In this document: piece by piece, positions 62,805-64,000 of the stretch
Numbering within the stretch: position 1 is the stretch's first letter
How the letters are laid out: each line of letters begins with the position of its first letter
Notes under the pieces: generated by a model
Told to the model about the DNA's origin: nothing
Databases searched by the model: none
The model's input: the letters and a program-made list of their open reading frames with translations, nothing else
Made by a program: the position numbers and the translations under genes
Assembly (NCBI RefSeq): GCF_964355755.1
Contig: NC_092674.1
Coordinates: 25,544,001-25,608,000, forward strand
DNA from: Antedon mediterranea
Lineage: Eukaryota; Animalia; Echinodermata
DNA: 64,000 nucleotides
Direction: 5' to 3'

Positions 62805-63614
62805 ATGTTGCTTGCAATTAGTATCATTTACATCATGGTGATCCAATCAGCCGCTCTAGCAGAACCTGAAGCTTGTAATAGTTGTTGTAGTGCTGGGGTT
62901 CCTGGCATTCCAGGACATCATGGTAATCCAGGCGCAATTGGACCACAAGGAATAAATGGAGAAAAGGGAATAAAAGGAGAATATGGAGAACAAGGAATGA
63001 ATGGACAACACGGAATGAAAGGAGAAAATGGACTGAAAGGAGAACAAGGACTGAAAGGAGAACAAGGAATGAATGGAGAACAAGGACTTAAAGGTGATAA
63101 TGGAAAGAATGGACTAGATGGGATTCCAGGGAAATTAGGACCACAGGGACCACGAGGACCTATTGGGCTACCAGGTGCAATTGGCGCAAAAGGTGAAAAA
63201 GGTGAACAAACCAATATAACTAAATCAGCCTTTACAGTAGCTTTTAAAAGACCCCCAGGTCGTCCTAATGGCCCGTTAAAGTATGACACAACAATTACAA
63301 ATTTAGGAAGTCACTACAACACTGAAACAGGCAAGTTTGTCTGTGAAATTCCAGGTGTTTATGTATTTCAAGTCACGTCACAAAAAACTTCAGGACCTAG
63401 TAAAGTAGGAACAGCAATGATCAGAAATGGGAACCGTCAAGTTTCCACAATGACACATTCTGATACATATAGTTCAGTAAGCACAATGGTGGTACTTGAT
63501 CTAGTAGTAGGTGATGAAGTATGGACTGAACCATTTAATTCACAATATAACTATTACTATGGTCACAGCAATGGATATTGCTCATTCTCAGGTTTCTTGC
63601 TTTATCCATCCTAA
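62805..63614 (+). CDS. Collagen-C1q (CTRP-like) secreted protein, copy 2, 269 aa
   Basis: Same architecture as copy 1; ends FSGFLLYPS*. Confidence 0.95.
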   Translation: MLLAISIIYIMVIQSAALAEPEACNSCCSAGVPGIPGHHGNPGAIGPQGINGEKGIKGEYGEQGMNGQHGMKGENGLKGEQGLKGEQGMNGEQGLKGDNGKNGLDGIPGKLGPQGPRGPIGLPGAIGAKGEKGEQTNITKSAFTVAFKRPPGRPNGPLKYDTTITNLGSHYNTETGKFVCEIPGVYVFQVTSQKTSGPSKVGTAMIRNGNRQVSTMTHSDTYSSVSTMVVLDLVVGDEVWTEPFNSQYNYYYGHSNGYCSFSGFLLYPS

Positions 63615-63955
63615 AGTTTCTACTCAACCAAGAAAGCAGTTATAAATAGGAATACAATTCAATCACTGAGATAAATATAAATACCTAGGTAAAGTGAAAT
63701 GTCAATGTATTTACAATGGAGGAATTATACCATTGTAATCATACATTTCAGTTTTATTTTAATGTACACAAATAATAAAACATAAAAGCTATAATTCTAA
63801 AGGCTGAAGATATAGTACAGTATGATACTAGTCTAGTTGAAACCAAAAAGTCAAAGAAGACTAAAAGTTATCTGAATTACAACATAATGAATATATTTAA
63901 ATGCATGTTATTATTAATAATTAATATACAGTATGTTTAAATGTATTTTACTTAA

Positions 63956-64000
63956 AGATGTATTGTCCCTTGAAACACAAAAAAATGAAGGTCAAAATAT
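63956..64000. mobile_element. Start of a Kolobok-like element
   Basis: TTAA|AGATGTATTGTCCCTTGAAACACAAAAAAATGAAGGTCAAAATAT is the near reverse complement of 16766-16808. Confidence 0.7.

Larger units (their letters stand above)
56389..63900 (+). repeat. Tandem segmental duplication of a ~3.2 kb C1q gene unit (56389-about 60650; 60861-about 63900)
   Basis: Both units begin TAAACGCAAGCATTAAAAATA; promoter, exon 1, intron, CDS and 3' UTR align. Confidence 0.92.

Noticed and set aside
58384-63289. Antisense Pro/Phe-rich ORFs over the C1q genes
   Set aside because: Mirror of GGA-rich collagen codons.

Overview
AT-rich eukaryotic (animal) genomic DNA with spliceosomal GT-AG introns; gene content and repeats suggest a marine invertebrate deuterostome such as an echinoderm (inference only). 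Exons were assembled by hand. Genes: WDR17 (minus, at least 21 coding exons, runs off the left edge); a head-to-head TNF-receptor-superfamily gene with a very short tail and no death domain; a signal-peptide/Cys-rich/4xHYR/3xFN3-like gene (minus) with no transmembrane segment found; a decayed orphan ORF; an SDR16C/RDH10-like dehydrogenase; COMMD6 (minus, 5' exons not in the window); and two tandem collagen-C1q genes that appear nested antisense in a COMMD6 intron. One C1q copy has had its stop codon replaced by a 5'-truncated LINE. Introns carry many MITEs (Harbinger-, MULE- and Kolobok-like), a Helitron, SINEs, a LINE relic and several mini/microsatellites. No CRISPR, rRNA or convincing tRNA gene. 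I do not claim a wholly new system; the strongest leads are the nested, diversifying, LINE-edited C1q pair, a minisatellite built from a splice acceptor, and the orphan HYR/FN3 gene.
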